The notes beneath the pieces were generated by a model. The model ran no database searches and was not told the origin of the DNA. It saw nothing but the letters and a program-made list of their open reading frames with translations. 64,000 nt of DNA from an uncultured Gammaproteobacteria bacterium (lineage in GTDB: Bacteria > Patescibacteriota > Microgenomatia > Levybacterales > GWA1-39-11), in NCBI GenBank assembly GCA_964537315.1, contig CAZIAP010000002.1, positions 43,237 through 107,236 of the forward strand. Direction: 5' to 3'. The position numbers and the translations under genes are program-made. The stretch's first letter is position 1. The number at the start of each line of letters is the position of its first letter. Of this stretch, positions 19,171-28,640 are shown piece by piece.

Positions 19171-21333
19171 ATGGATAACAATAAAGCAGTAGAAGAATTG
19201 TTAAAACCAGTGAGTCCGGAAGAGGCTCTAAAAAGATACACTATTAATTTCACTCAAATTGCTCGAGAAGGTAGGCTAGATCCTGTGATCGGACGCGAAA
19301 ATGAAATCCGCAGGATAATGCAAATTTTATCCCGTAGAACGAAAAATAACCCGGTTTTAATTGGCGATCCGGGTGTGGGTAAAACAGCTATTGTTGAGGG
19401 TTTGGCTCAAAAAATTGTTAATAACGAAGTGCCTACTACTTTAAAAGACAAAGAACTTCTTTCGCTTGATTTTGCCCAACTACTTGCTGGTGCAAAGTTT
19501 CGTGGAGAATTTGAAGAGAGGCTGAAGGCTGTAGTAAAAGGCATAGAGTCGGGAGAGGGTAAGTATATTGTGTTCATCGATGAATTACACACCATTGTTG
19601 GAGGAGGAGCATCAGAAGGAGCTGTTGATGCAGCCAACATTCTTAAGCCATCGCTTGCGCGAGGGTCGTTGCGTATGATAGGAGCGACTACTATCCAGGA
19701 GTACCGTAAGTATATTGAAAGAGATCAAGCTCTTGCACGTAGATTCCAACCGGTTCAGGTAGATGAGCCAAGTCAAGAAGACGCAGTATCTATCCTACGG
19801 GGAATAAAAGAGAAGTACGAGCTTCATCATGGGATACGTATTACAGATAATGCTTTGATCTCTGCAGTTAAACTGTCTGCCCAATACATTCCTCATAGAT
19901 TTCTACCAGATAAAGCAATTGATCTTATTGATGAAGCTGCATCGGGTATAAAAATTGAAACAGAGAGTATGCCAACTGAGCTGGAGGAGCTTAGGCGTAG
20001 AATAACTCAGATTGAGATTGAACAGGCAGCCTTAAAGAAAGAAAACACCCCAGTTGCAAAACAAAAACTTGACGACGGAAAAAAACAGCTTAAAGAGTTA
20101 AAAAAACAAGCGGACGAACTAGAAAAGTACTGGAACGAGCAGAAAGATATTATGCAACAGATGCAATCAGTTCGTGCTCAGAGAGATGCTTTGCGAATTG
20201 AAATGGATCGTGCTGAACGAGCTGTGGATCTTGAAAAAGCTGCAGAAATAAAGTACGGTAAACTTCCAGAAATTGAAAAGAAGCTAAGTGAACTACACTC
20301 GGAGTGGGGGAAAATTCCTCGTGAAAAAAGGATTTTAAGAGAGGAAGTAGATGAGGAAGATATTGCTAAAGTTGTAGCACGATGGACAGGAATTCCTGTG
20401 AGCTCAATACTGGAGTCAGAAACTGAAAAGCTAATACATTTAGAGGATAAGCTTCAGGAGCGAGTGGTTGGACAGAAAGAGTCTCTTACGGCAATCGCAA
20501 AAGCGATTAGACGTAATCGTTCAGGTATCTCTGACAGAACACGACCTATTGGAAGCTTCCTATTTTTAGGACCGACAGGTGTAGGGAAAACAGAGACTGC
20601 GAGAGCTTTAGCTCAGCTGCTTTTTAATGATGAGCACGCAATGGTTCGCATCGATATGTCCGAATACCAAGAGTCGCATACTGTGGCTCGTCTGATAGGA
20701 GCCCCTCCTGGATATGTGGGTTTCGATGAAGGAGGTCAACTTACAGAAGCTGTGAGAAGGAAGCCTTATTCCGTAATCTTGTTTGATGAGATTGAAAAAG
20801 CTCACCCCCAAGTTTTTAATCTATTTTTACAGATGCTCGATGACGGTAGGCTAACTGACAGCAAAGGAGTAACAGTTGATTTTCGCAATACTATAGTTAT
20901 AATGACCTCGAATCTTGGCAGTGAAATGATTTACGAGTATGCTGGCAAAAATGAAAAAGAACTTGAGTTGAAAATGTGGCAATTACTGCGCAATCATTTT
21001 AAACCAGAGTTTCTTAATAGGTTGGATAGAGTAATTATGTATCATCCACTGACGCGTGATGAGATCCTGCAGATCAGTAAGTTGCAGCTTGAGCGGGTAC
21101 AACGTCGACTTGCTGAAAATAATATTCATATAAAAATAACCGATGAGCTGATAGCTTATTTTGCAGCAGCAGGTTTTGACGAGACGTTTGGTGCACGACC
21201 TCTTAAAAGACTTGTCGATGAAAAACTGCTTGACGAATTGGCATTACAGATAATAGAAGGAAAGATTCTCCCAGGAGACTCAGTTACTCCACACTTAAAG
21301 AATGATCAGATAGAGTTCTCACTCCCTTCGTAA
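19171..21333 (+). CDS. clpB: ClpB disaggregase lacking the N-terminal domain
   Basis: Two AAA modules ([16 protein letters not shown]) and coiled-coil M domain; ATG 19171 fits the promoter spacing. Confidence 0.95.
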   Translation: MDNNKAVEELLKPVSPEEALKRYTINFTQIAREGRLDPVIGRENEIRRIMQILSRRTKNNPVLIGDPGVGKTAIVEGLAQKIVNNEVPTTLKDKELLSLDFAQLLAGAKFRGEFEERLKAVVKGIESGEGKYIVFIDELHTIVGGGASEGAVDAANILKPSLARGSLRMIGATTIQEYRKYIERDQALARRFQPVQVDEPSQEDAVSILRGIKEKYELHHGIRITDNALISAVKLSAQYIPHRFLPDKAIDLIDEAASGIKIETESMPTELEELRRRITQIEIEQAALKKENTPVAKQKLDDGKKQLKELKKQADELEKYWNEQKDIMQQMQSVRAQRDALRIEMDRAERAVDLEKAAEIKYGKLPEIEKKLSELHSEWGKIPREKRILREEVDEEDIAKVVARWTGIPVSSILESETEKLIHLEDKLQERVVGQKESLTAIAKAIRRNRSGISDRTRPIGSFLFLGPTGVGKTETARALAQLLFNDEHAMVRIDMSEYQESHTVARLIGAPPGYVGFDEGGQLTEAVRRKPYSVILFDEIEKAHPQVFNLFLQMLDDGRLTDSKGVTVDFRNTIVIMTSNLGSEMIYEYAGKNEKELELKMWQLLRNHFKPEFLNRLDRVIMYHPLTRDEILQISKLQLERVQRRLAENNIHIKITDELIAYFAAAGFDETFGARPLKRLVDEKLLDELALQIIEGKILPGDSVTPHLKNDQIEFSLPS

Positions 21334-21341
21334 AATTGGGA

Positions 21342-21376
21342 CCCCCTCATCTTAATCTTCTCCCAGAGGGAGAAGA
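21342..21376. repeat. BoxC-like pyrimidine tract plus hairpin
   Basis: CCCCCTCATCTTAA-TCTTCTCCC-AGA-GGGAGAAGA. Confidence 0.55.
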
Positions 21377-21417
21377 ACAAATGTATAATACAAATTGTAA
21401 TAAAATCACTGATGGTA

Positions 21418-21457
21418 TTGACATGTAGTTATCCACATTCGTATACTGTTATCCACA
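21418..21457 (+). promoter_or_regulatory. dnaA promoter with two perfect DnaA boxes
   Basis: TTGACA (21418)-18-TATACT (21442); TTATCCACA at 21429 and 21449. Confidence 0.85.
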
Positions 21458-21468
21458 ATAGAAAACAT

Positions 21469-22809
21469 ATGGATGATCTGTGGAAATCTGTACTTGCTGA
21501 AATAGAAATAAACATTACTAAGCCTACATTTCACATGTTCTTTCGGGGTACCAATCTCGAAAGCCTTGAAAACAATGTAGCAACCATCTCTGCCCCTAAC
21601 ATTATGATCGCCGATTATATCGAAAAAAGGTATTACGGTGTAATAAAGCAAATTATTGATAAAAAAACCAACGGGAATGTAAGTCTGGTTTTTCTAACCA
21701 GTACCAGTGCAAAGAGAAGAGAAGAAGGAGGAAGTGCTGGTCCTCTCTTTTCTGAGGCTCCCACTGTTACGCGATCAAGGCCAAAGCGGATAAACAAGGA
21801 CTATACTTTTGAGTCATTTGCGGTGTCGGAAACCAATCAATTAGCTTATACAGCTGCACAAACTGTCGCAGCAAATCCTGGCGACAGATACAATCCTGTT
21901 TTTTTATACGGTACGGTAGGTGTGGGTAAAACCCATTTGATGCACGCTATTGCAAACTCTATTTTTGAAAAAAATAACGAAGTAAATGTGTTGTACCTTA
22001 CAACGGAAGAGTTTACCAATGAGGTGGTGGAGTCGATAAGGGGAAAGACTACAACTCAGATGAGAAAAAAATTTCGCAATGTAGACTTACTCTTGCTGGA
22101 TGATATCCAGTTCCTAAGCGGCAAAGAGAAGGTTCAGGAAGAGCTTTTTCATACCTTTAACAGCTTGATTGAAAAAGGAGGACAGATTGTATTCACCTCA
22201 GACCGTCCACCGTCAGAGATCCCTAAAATTGAAGCACGTCTAGCATCTCGTTTCGAAGGGGGTTTGACAGTGGATATTGAGCCTCCTGACTTTGAGTTGC
22301 GTACTGCAATTTTGCTTATGAAATCTGAAAAATATGATTTGGACTTCTCAATTGAGATGGCAAAAACGGTTGCTGAGCGCATCACAGACACACGCGCGCT
22401 TGAAGGATTTTTACTTCGCCTTTCTACATTGATGAGCGCCAACCCAGATAAGCATATCTCTGAGCAAGCTATACTTCGGTTACTTGGTAAGCGCGCAGAC
22501 AGACCACAAACGATTAAGCCTGATCAGATTATTGAAGCAATTTGTGATTACTACAATATTAAGCAGACTCAGTTAAAAGGGAAAAAACGGGATGCCTCTC
22601 TTGTTCGGCCTAGACATGTGTGTATGTACCTCTTAAAAGAAGAAGGAGGACTTACATTTTCTGATATCGGAAACTTATTAGGGGGTCGAGACCATACTAC
22701 GGTTATGCACGCTGTAGATAAAATTACTAAGCTGATGTCAGATTCGGATACAACCCAAGAAGAGGTTGGTTCTATCAAACAGAAAATGCGTGAAGACTAC
22801 TTACAGTAA
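21469..22809 (+). CDS. dnaA: chromosomal replication initiator DnaA
   Basis: YNPVFLYGTVGVGKTHL, LLDDIQF, GGRDHTTVMHA. Confidence 0.98.
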   Translation: MDDLWKSVLAEIEINITKPTFHMFFRGTNLESLENNVATISAPNIMIADYIEKRYYGVIKQIIDKKTNGNVSLVFLTSTSAKRREEGGSAGPLFSEAPTVTRSRPKRINKDYTFESFAVSETNQLAYTAAQTVAANPGDRYNPVFLYGTVGVGKTHLMHAIANSIFEKNNEVNVLYLTTEEFTNEVVESIRGKTTTQMRKKFRNVDLLLLDDIQFLSGKEKVQEELFHTFNSLIEKGGQIVFTSDRPPSEIPKIEARLASRFEGGLTVDIEPPDFELRTAILLMKSEKYDLDFSIEMAKTVAERITDTRALEGFLLRLSTLMSANPDKHISEQAILRLLGKRADRPQTIKPDQIIEAICDYYNIKQTQLKGKKRDASLVRPRHVCMYLLKEEGGLTFSDIGNLLGGRDHTTVMHAVDKITKLMSDSDTTQEEVGSIKQKMREDYLQ

Positions 22810-22823
22810 CGTTTTCCTCGCTG

Positions 22824-22876
22824 TTATCCACAGTTTATCCACAAAAAAAGACGTTTAGTTAAGTAGCTTTTCCACA
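22824..22876 (+). promoter_or_regulatory. DnaA box cluster between dnaA and dnaN
   Basis: TTATCCACA at 22824 and 22835; TTTTCCACA at 22868. Confidence 0.85.
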
Positions 22877-22997
22877 TATTCAGATGACATACACAATGAG
22901 ATATGATACTATTGCTAGACTGTAAGATTGTTGTGTTAGTCAGTATTGTATTTTTTAAGTAATTTTAAGACACACAACCATTTAACTGTTTTATCAT

Positions 22998-24098
22998 ATG
23001 AAAGCGCAACTACTTGTTGAAAATATAGAGCCATACTTGTCGTCTCTTGCTAAAGCACTTCCGAATCACTCTCCTGTTCCTGTATTGTTAAACATATTAA
23101 TTGAAGCAACGCACTCTGGATTGTATATCTCGGCAACCGACTTAGAGCTGGGAATAAAAACAAAGATTCCAGGAAAGATTGATCAAGAGGGGGCGGTTAC
23201 TGTTCCTGGAAAACAGTTTATTGAAATTTTAAACTCTTTACCGAAAGGAAAAGTTACTTTAACTTACGAAAAAGAAGCAGTGACCATAGAGTCAGCAGGA
23301 GGAAATATCGTACTTCAAACTATACCTAAAGAAGAGTTTCCTAATCTGTTCGAAGAAAAAGGTGAAAAAGTTTATACATTTACGAAAACCGAACTGAAGG
23401 ACATTTTTACTAAGGTTATTTTTTCTTCATCAGTTGATGACTCACGTGCAGAGCTGAGCGGAGTATATATCGCGCAAAAAGAAGATCACGTAGATTTTGT
23501 AGCCACTGATGGATATAGATTATCTCTAAAGCGTGTGGATGGAAAAAAAATACTGGAAGCAGATAGCGGGATTATTGTCTCATCAAAATTTATTGCTGAA
23601 GCACTAACACTCAATAGCGAGTCATTGGATTTTTATGTTTATCAGCAGGGAAATCAAGTTTTGCTTGAGGCTGACAACACTGTCTTGGTAGGGCGGCTTA
23701 TTCAGGGCAACTTTCCCAATTATGAGCGAGTAATCCCGCAAGAAGGAGCAACAAAGGCAGTGATTGATGTAGATGAATTTGCAAAATCTATTAGGCTTGC
23801 GACTGTGTTCGCAAGAGAAAGCGCCAACATAGTAAGAGTCAAAATAGCAGACAAACAACTTAGGCTTTTTTCTCGATCTTCAGGTGTAGGTGAAGGAGAC
23901 ATACAAATTGCTGTAGATCAAACAGGAGAAGAAAACGAGATTGCATTTAATGTGAAATTTTTAGGAGAGTTATTAAGAACAGTTGATGAGAAGAGAATAA
24001 CACTTTCAATTAATGGTCCACTTGAGCCTGCATTATTTAAACTTGAAAAAGACACAAGCTTTCTCCATGTCATCATGCCTGTTAGGGTCCAGGAGTAG
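22998..24098 (+). CDS. dnaN: DNA polymerase III beta clamp
   Basis: ATDLE, VATDGYRL, FPNYERVIP, IMPVR. Confidence 0.97.
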   Translation: MKAQLLVENIEPYLSSLAKALPNHSPVPVLLNILIEATHSGLYISATDLELGIKTKIPGKIDQEGAVTVPGKQFIEILNSLPKGKVTLTYEKEAVTIESAGGNIVLQTIPKEEFPNLFEEKGEKVYTFTKTELKDIFTKVIFSSSVDDSRAELSGVYIAQKEDHVDFVATDGYRLSLKRVDGKKILEADSGIIVSSKFIAEALTLNSESLDFYVYQQGNQVLLEADNTVLVGRLIQGNFPNYERVIPQEGATKAVIDVDEFAKSIRLATVFARESANIVRVKIADKQLRLFSRSSGVGEGDIQIAVDQTGEENEIAFNVKFLGELLRTVDEKRITLSINGPLEPALFKLEKDTSFLHVIMPVRVQE

Positions 24099-24102
24099 AA
24101 GA

Positions 24103-24729
24103 CTAGTAGATGTGATCAGTATGATTCGAGTAATCTTTTAAATCCGATCCCCATTTTTCAATATAGCCGTCTACTGTTGTGGGTACAAATACTTGTATTT
24201 CCATAACTTCATCTTTAAACTCATTACCTCTTACTGCAAATCCTTGAGAAGCGTAAATATAAGTTTTAAGAAACTTACCAAACATTTCAGATCCAGTAAA
24301 CTCTCGTTCAGGTGTTCCTAAGTTGCTTACCAGTTCAGATAAACTTGGGTATTGCTCAGTTGGGTTAGCTGTTACGATTTTTTCATAGATCACAGTATCA
24401 CCATTAATAATGATTTGATTATCTCTTAATGAGCTTGCAGATTTATAATTATATTGTTTTCCTAGAGAAGTGTCTTCCACGCTTCTTGGTTGTCCTAGCT
24501 GAGCAATCACGTCGCTGGTTGTAACACCAGGGTTTGTTTTTTGCATTGGGATAATTTTATAATTTTGAGAGGTTCTTTCAGTATTGTTGACAGGTGGTTC
24601 GTTACCTACTTGGTTATTGTTGCGAAAATTGTACAAGATTATAACTCCCACAATAAGTGCAATAATACATCCAACTGTGATGATTAGAATCCACATTTTA
24701 TATCTATCAATTAATGCAATGATTTTCAT
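24103..24729 (-). CDS. membrane-anchored hypothetical protein
   Basis: N-terminal TM; two LGxP-containing repeats. Confidence 0.75.
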   Translation of the reverse strand: MKIIALIDRYKMWILIITVGCIIALIVGVIILYNFRNNNQVGNEPPVNNTERTSQNYKIIPMQKTNPGVTTSDVIAQLGQPRSVEDTSLGKQYNYKSASSLRDNQIIINGDTVIYEKIVTANPTEQYPSLSELVSNLGTPEREFTGSEMFGKFLKTYIYASQGFAVRGNEFKDEVMEIQVFVPTTVDGYIEKWGSDLKDYSNHTDHIY

Positions 24730-24730
24730 A

Positions 24731-25420
24731 TCAATAGTCTCCTAATATTTTTCTTGCAGTTTCAAAGTGTTTAGGATATTTTCCATCAGCAAAAGGTACT
24801 ACACCGCGCAGTTCACATCCGGTTTGCTCCAGTACATTTCTATTTAAATAGTATGTTATCATTTCCGCGTAATCTTCAGTAATTGGAGGCGTTCCATAAC
24901 AACCTGAAGCACCATAACCTGTCATTCCGCCCTCTGAAACGAATGCATTTTCATGATCCGTAGTTGCTCTTTCTCCATCACCACACCAGTAAATAATATG
25001 ACCAAACTCATGAATCAAAACCACTTTGAATAGTGTTGCATCTCCTCGTGTAATGCCCAGCTCATCTCTTAAGAGAAATGTCTTACAACCTGTTTGTTCA
25101 GACATACCACTATGTGCTGTTACAACAGTTCCACGAACTAAATTGATAAAATTTGTATGTGATACATCCCAATATTTTTCCCACGCCCATTGAAGCTGTT
25201 CTTGGGTAAATCCATTCATTGTTATACCAAACTCATCTATAATTCCTTGCCTAATATCTTGTGGTGGAGGAGGGGCTTCACCACCTTGAGTAGGAGGTTG
25301 TGTTGTTGGATTTCCAACACGGGTTGTTACTTTTTCGCTTCTTGTTTGCGCATAAAGAGATAAACCAAACGAAAAGAATAAAACAAATATTGTAAAAATA
25401 ATAACGCTGCTTTTTTTCAT
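24731..25420 (-). CDS. secreted HEXXH zinc metallopeptidase (zincin)
   Basis: Signal peptide, LIHEFGHII and downstream EDYAE. Confidence 0.8.
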   Translation of the reverse strand: MKKSSVIIFTIFVLFFSFGLSLYAQTRSEKVTTRVGNPTTQPPTQGGEAPPPPQDIRQGIIDEFGITMNGFTQEQLQWAWEKYWDVSHTNFINLVRGTVVTAHSGMSEQTGCKTFLLRDELGITRGDATLFKVVLIHEFGHIIYWCGDGERATTDHENAFVSEGGMTGYGASGCYGTPPITEDYAEMITYYLNRNVLEQTGCELRGVVPFADGKYPKHFETARKILGDY

Positions 25421-25428
25421 GTTTACAC

Positions 25429-25959
25429 TTAACAACCCAAGGGCATTGGGTTGAACTCTGTATTAGTATCTTTAACAGACTGAGACGTGAATGCGCTTAA
25501 GTAAAATACTAGCGGTAAGTAGCAAATATCATTTTGATTAATGCCTTCCTTATTCAAGTAATCTTGAACTTCTTCCTTTGCTTGATTGATGTCAGTAGTA
25601 AGAATTTCTGCCATGAACACATCAGGTGATGCAATATATTCCAATCTATATTTGGCAGTTTTGTGAACAATACCACTTGTATTATTCAGTCTACCAATTA
25701 TTGATTGTCTTGTAGATCTTCCTTGCTCAGATAATTCCTGACGGTTTTGAATAACATCAATCGTTTTTCTTTTGGCCTCAGTGTTATAGGAGACGTTTTC
25801 TCTAATTGCCTTTCCTTGAAATGTTGGGACTGGCGTGGGCTGAGTAGGTGAATCATCAGGCAAGTCCTGTTTACTTAAATTCATGTAAACAACAATTACT
25901 ATACAAGTAATAATAAATACTCCAATGATGGCAAATAATACAGTTACTTTCTTATTCAT
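25429..25959 (-). CDS. membrane-anchored hypothetical protein
   Basis: N-terminal TM and PT-rich linker; overlaps the upstream gene. Confidence 0.75.
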   Translation of the reverse strand: MNKKVTVLFAIIGVFIITCIVIVVYMNLSKQDLPDDSPTQPTPVPTFQGKAIRENVSYNTEAKRKTIDVIQNRQELSEQGRSTRQSIIGRLNNTSGIVHKTAKYRLEYIASPDVFMAEILTTDINQAKEEVQDYLNKEGINQNDICYLPLVFYLSAFTSQSVKDTNTEFNPMPLGC

Positions 25960-28640
25960 CTAGCGTTTCCTCCCCACAAATGATCAGCGCATGCCCAATA
26001 TTCCCACTGCCTTCCGATAGTGACCAAGTATTTATTATAGTTTATCGCGTTTGTTGTTTGTTTTCGCCAATCCACGTCGCCATGGTCAAACTCTCCGTTT
26101 CTACCTCTACCCATTTGGTAAAGACCCCATGCGCCAACTGGGTCAGGTGTCCCAATACTTTCATGAGACGCGTAAGTATTAGGATTATAACCTGGGGCTT
26201 CGCAAGGAATGATATTAAAGAACCACTCATCTGCATGTTGAGGGTCCAGATCCTTAAGTAAAGTATACAGCTTATCTTTATCGCTCGGACGTCTGTTTGT
26301 AAGTAATGAGCAGGATGGGTCTCCGAAGTTTGCTCCTGTGCCATCTTTGTGATAAGGATTATTAAGATCGTAATATCCTTCACAAGTCTCGCTATTTGCA
26401 GGTGTGTCGCCTCCGGAGTGTATAGGAGTACTAGCACCGACTTCTTCAGCCCAAGCTTGATTTTCGACATAAAAATCTGTATTTAAAGGACGAATAGTCA
26501 GGAAGAAAGTTTGAGATTTGACTTGCCCAGGTGAGCCACCATTAAAACTTCCTGTATAAGTTTCTGCTACTGCCTGCATTCTATTTGAAAATCTCTGTTG
26601 GTTGTCTCTGTAATAGCTCCCCCAACTTTCCATAGTGGCTCTCCAGTTGTCTTGCCTTGCAATATCTCCTGCAACTTCAAGGGCATTATTTATAGCGTTA
26701 ATCGCTGGGTCCATCAGAAGTATGGCTATTAGTTGTTGTGCTTGAGCTTCTGCAGCAGTGGTTGGTCGTTGAGTACCAGGTGTTCCAGGTCTTCCTGCTT
26801 GTTGGAGTATTTCTTCAATTGATTTTGCAGGAAATGTAGATGGATTTGTGATACCACCTTCATCAATTACTCTTTGTCCGACTCGTTGCACGGTTGCTGC
26901 ATCGACTGCGCCATAAACCGCCATGAAGTCTTCGGCAAGGTGGTCGACGACTTGTGCGACTTGAACCCCTCCTACTTGCCAATCTCCAGAGTTGAAGCCA
27001 CCTATACAACCTGCATTGATATTGTTACGGCTTAATTCTTGAATGTCATCGCAGTTCCATGAGTAAGGATTTGCTCTTGATCCTTCAATTGCCATAGTCC
27101 ATATTACTGCAAGAAACGGATCAACATATTTTGGATCGTTGTTAGGCGCTTTAGAGAGTATATATGTTTGGTATTGATTAATTAAACTCCCAAGACGGTT
27201 TGCGTTTGCAATATCTTCATTAGAATAAACTGCATCAGATTCTCCACTCGGAGGGAGTAGATTATACGGTGATTGAGTATATTTATTAATATCAATGGTT
27301 TCAGATGAGGGTCGTGGAAGTTCCGGACCAATTATTGCCTGGTTATCATTAAGCGACCATCTGATTCTCGTGACATTACCTAAAGAATTTTCATCTGGAG
27401 TATAGTTTCCGGATGCGCTTACGAACTCTGTGCCAGGCGGAATAGTGTCATAAATCATAACATTTCCAGTCCCGTTATAAGAGACGTTTATCGTGTACAT
27501 AATATCGTCGCCATTTGCAACTTGCGCGGGCGCAGATTTGCTTAAGGTAATTCTTTGAGACGCATCAGGTACAGAAGCAGGAGGTGGAGATGGTTGGGCA
27601 ATATAATAGTCATCGTAGTCAGATTGTCCAGTACTAGTTAAGATGAAAATGAAAAGAATAAGCAAAATAATTATCGCAACAACTACCCAGAACCATGGAC
27701 TTGCTGCAAGAGGAGCAACACGTGCAGCCATTGAGGCAAGTCGAATTCCTTTTCCCATTCTTTGTATACGAGAAAATCTCCCCAGAGAGTTCGCTCTTCT
27801 TCTGGCTTTAGCTCTAATGTTTCTTTGAATATGTTCTCTTGTAAGTCTAGGATCCATTCTTTGTCTAATTGGTGAGGTTGGCATGGAGGGTCGGCTAGGA
27901 TGCGGTGATTCAGATGGGAGAATTCTTTGTTTGACAGTATTGATGGTTTTGTCTACTGCTCTTTGTACAATATCTTGGATCAAACTAGAAGGATCATCAG
28001 TAGGATAGTTGCTAACCTTGTTATCTATTTCGTCCCAGGATGTTGGTTCTATTTCTTCTGGGGGCGTGAATAACGGATGGTTTTTGGCGTAAGGTATATA
28101 ATAGTCTGCTTTTTCAGGAAATGATTTGTTCTTAAAATCTGCAATTGTCTCTTTGTATCTTTGTTTAAGTGTGTCATTTTTTTCTTGTACTGAACCATAT
28201 GTACCTTTTTTAAGCCTTTCAATATGATCTTTTGCTTTCTTCCAATACCTAACTACAGTTGGATCTTTGTCAGGATTGGGTGTAAAGTGTCCTTGGCTTT
28301 TATCACCATGTATGCCTTTTTTAAGATACTTCTGGTAAACATCCGGATGATTTGCTCTCATCTGAGCCTCTGCTGCAAAGATTGCATGATCGTGGGTTCT
28401 TTGATCACGGATTTTCTGCAAACCCTGTAGTGTGGGAAGATTACTTTTGTTAGGAGCTTGTTGCTTAAACCGTTCTTTTTCGCTCGAATAGTACTTTAAA
28501 AATTGTGGATCTTCGTAGAGGTTTAGTGCTGGAAGTTGATAGTCATTTTTAAAGACATTAAGCAATTCCCCTTCAGGAATAGGGGATCCATTAACAAGTT
28601 TTTTCAAGCTCTCAGGTAGTATTGAACTCTCATTATCCAT
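25956..28640 (-). CDS. T4SS-associated cell-wall hydrolase (TM, DUF11 Ig-like, lysozyme/SLT-like domains)
   Basis: LSKSAP..V.NGD.I.YTI...DTIPPGTEFVSAS; C-terminal IPCE..YNP...GAWGLYQM...W..W.C. Confidence 0.7.
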   Translation of the reverse strand: MDNESSILPESLKKLVNGSPIPEGELLNVFKNDYQLPALNLYEDPQFLKYYSSEKERFKQQAPNKSNLPTLQGLQKIRDQRTHDHAIFAAEAQMRANHPDVYQKYLKKGIHGDKSQGHFTPNPDKDPTVVRYWKKAKDHIERLKKGTYGSVQEKNDTLKQRYKETIADFKNKSFPEKADYYIPYAKNHPLFTPPEEIEPTSWDEIDNKVSNYPTDDPSSLIQDIVQRAVDKTINTVKQRILPSESPHPSRPSMPTSPIRQRMDPRLTREHIQRNIRAKARRRANSLGRFSRIQRMGKGIRLASMAARVAPLAASPWFWVVVAIIILLILFIFILTSTGQSDYDDYYIAQPSPPPASVPDASQRITLSKSAPAQVANGDDIMYTINVSYNGTGNVMIYDTIPPGTEFVSASGNYTPDENSLGNVTRIRWSLNDNQAIIGPELPRPSSETIDINKYTQSPYNLLPPSGESDAVYSNEDIANANRLGSLINQYQTYILSKAPNNDPKYVDPFLAVIWTMAIEGSRANPYSWNCDDIQELSRNNINAGCIGGFNSGDWQVGGVQVAQVVDHLAEDFMAVYGAVDAATVQRVGQRVIDEGGITNPSTFPAKSIEEILQQAGRPGTPGTQRPTTAAEAQAQQLIAILLMDPAINAINNALEVAGDIARQDNWRATMESWGSYYRDNQQRFSNRMQAVAETYTGSFNGGSPGQVKSQTFFLTIRPLNTDFYVENQAWAEEVGASTPIHSGGDTPANSETCEGYYDLNNPYHKDGTGANFGDPSCSLLTNRRPSDKDKLYTLLKDLDPQHADEWFFNIIPCEAPGYNPNTYASHESIGTPDPVGAWGLYQMGRGRNGEFDHGDVDWRKQTTNAINYNKYLVTIGRQWEYWACADHLWGGNAR

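Noticed and set aside
22810-22997. dnaA-dnaN gap as the sole oriC
   Set aside because: It has boxes but no visible DnaA-trio run; 12344-12583 fits better. Downgraded, not excluded.
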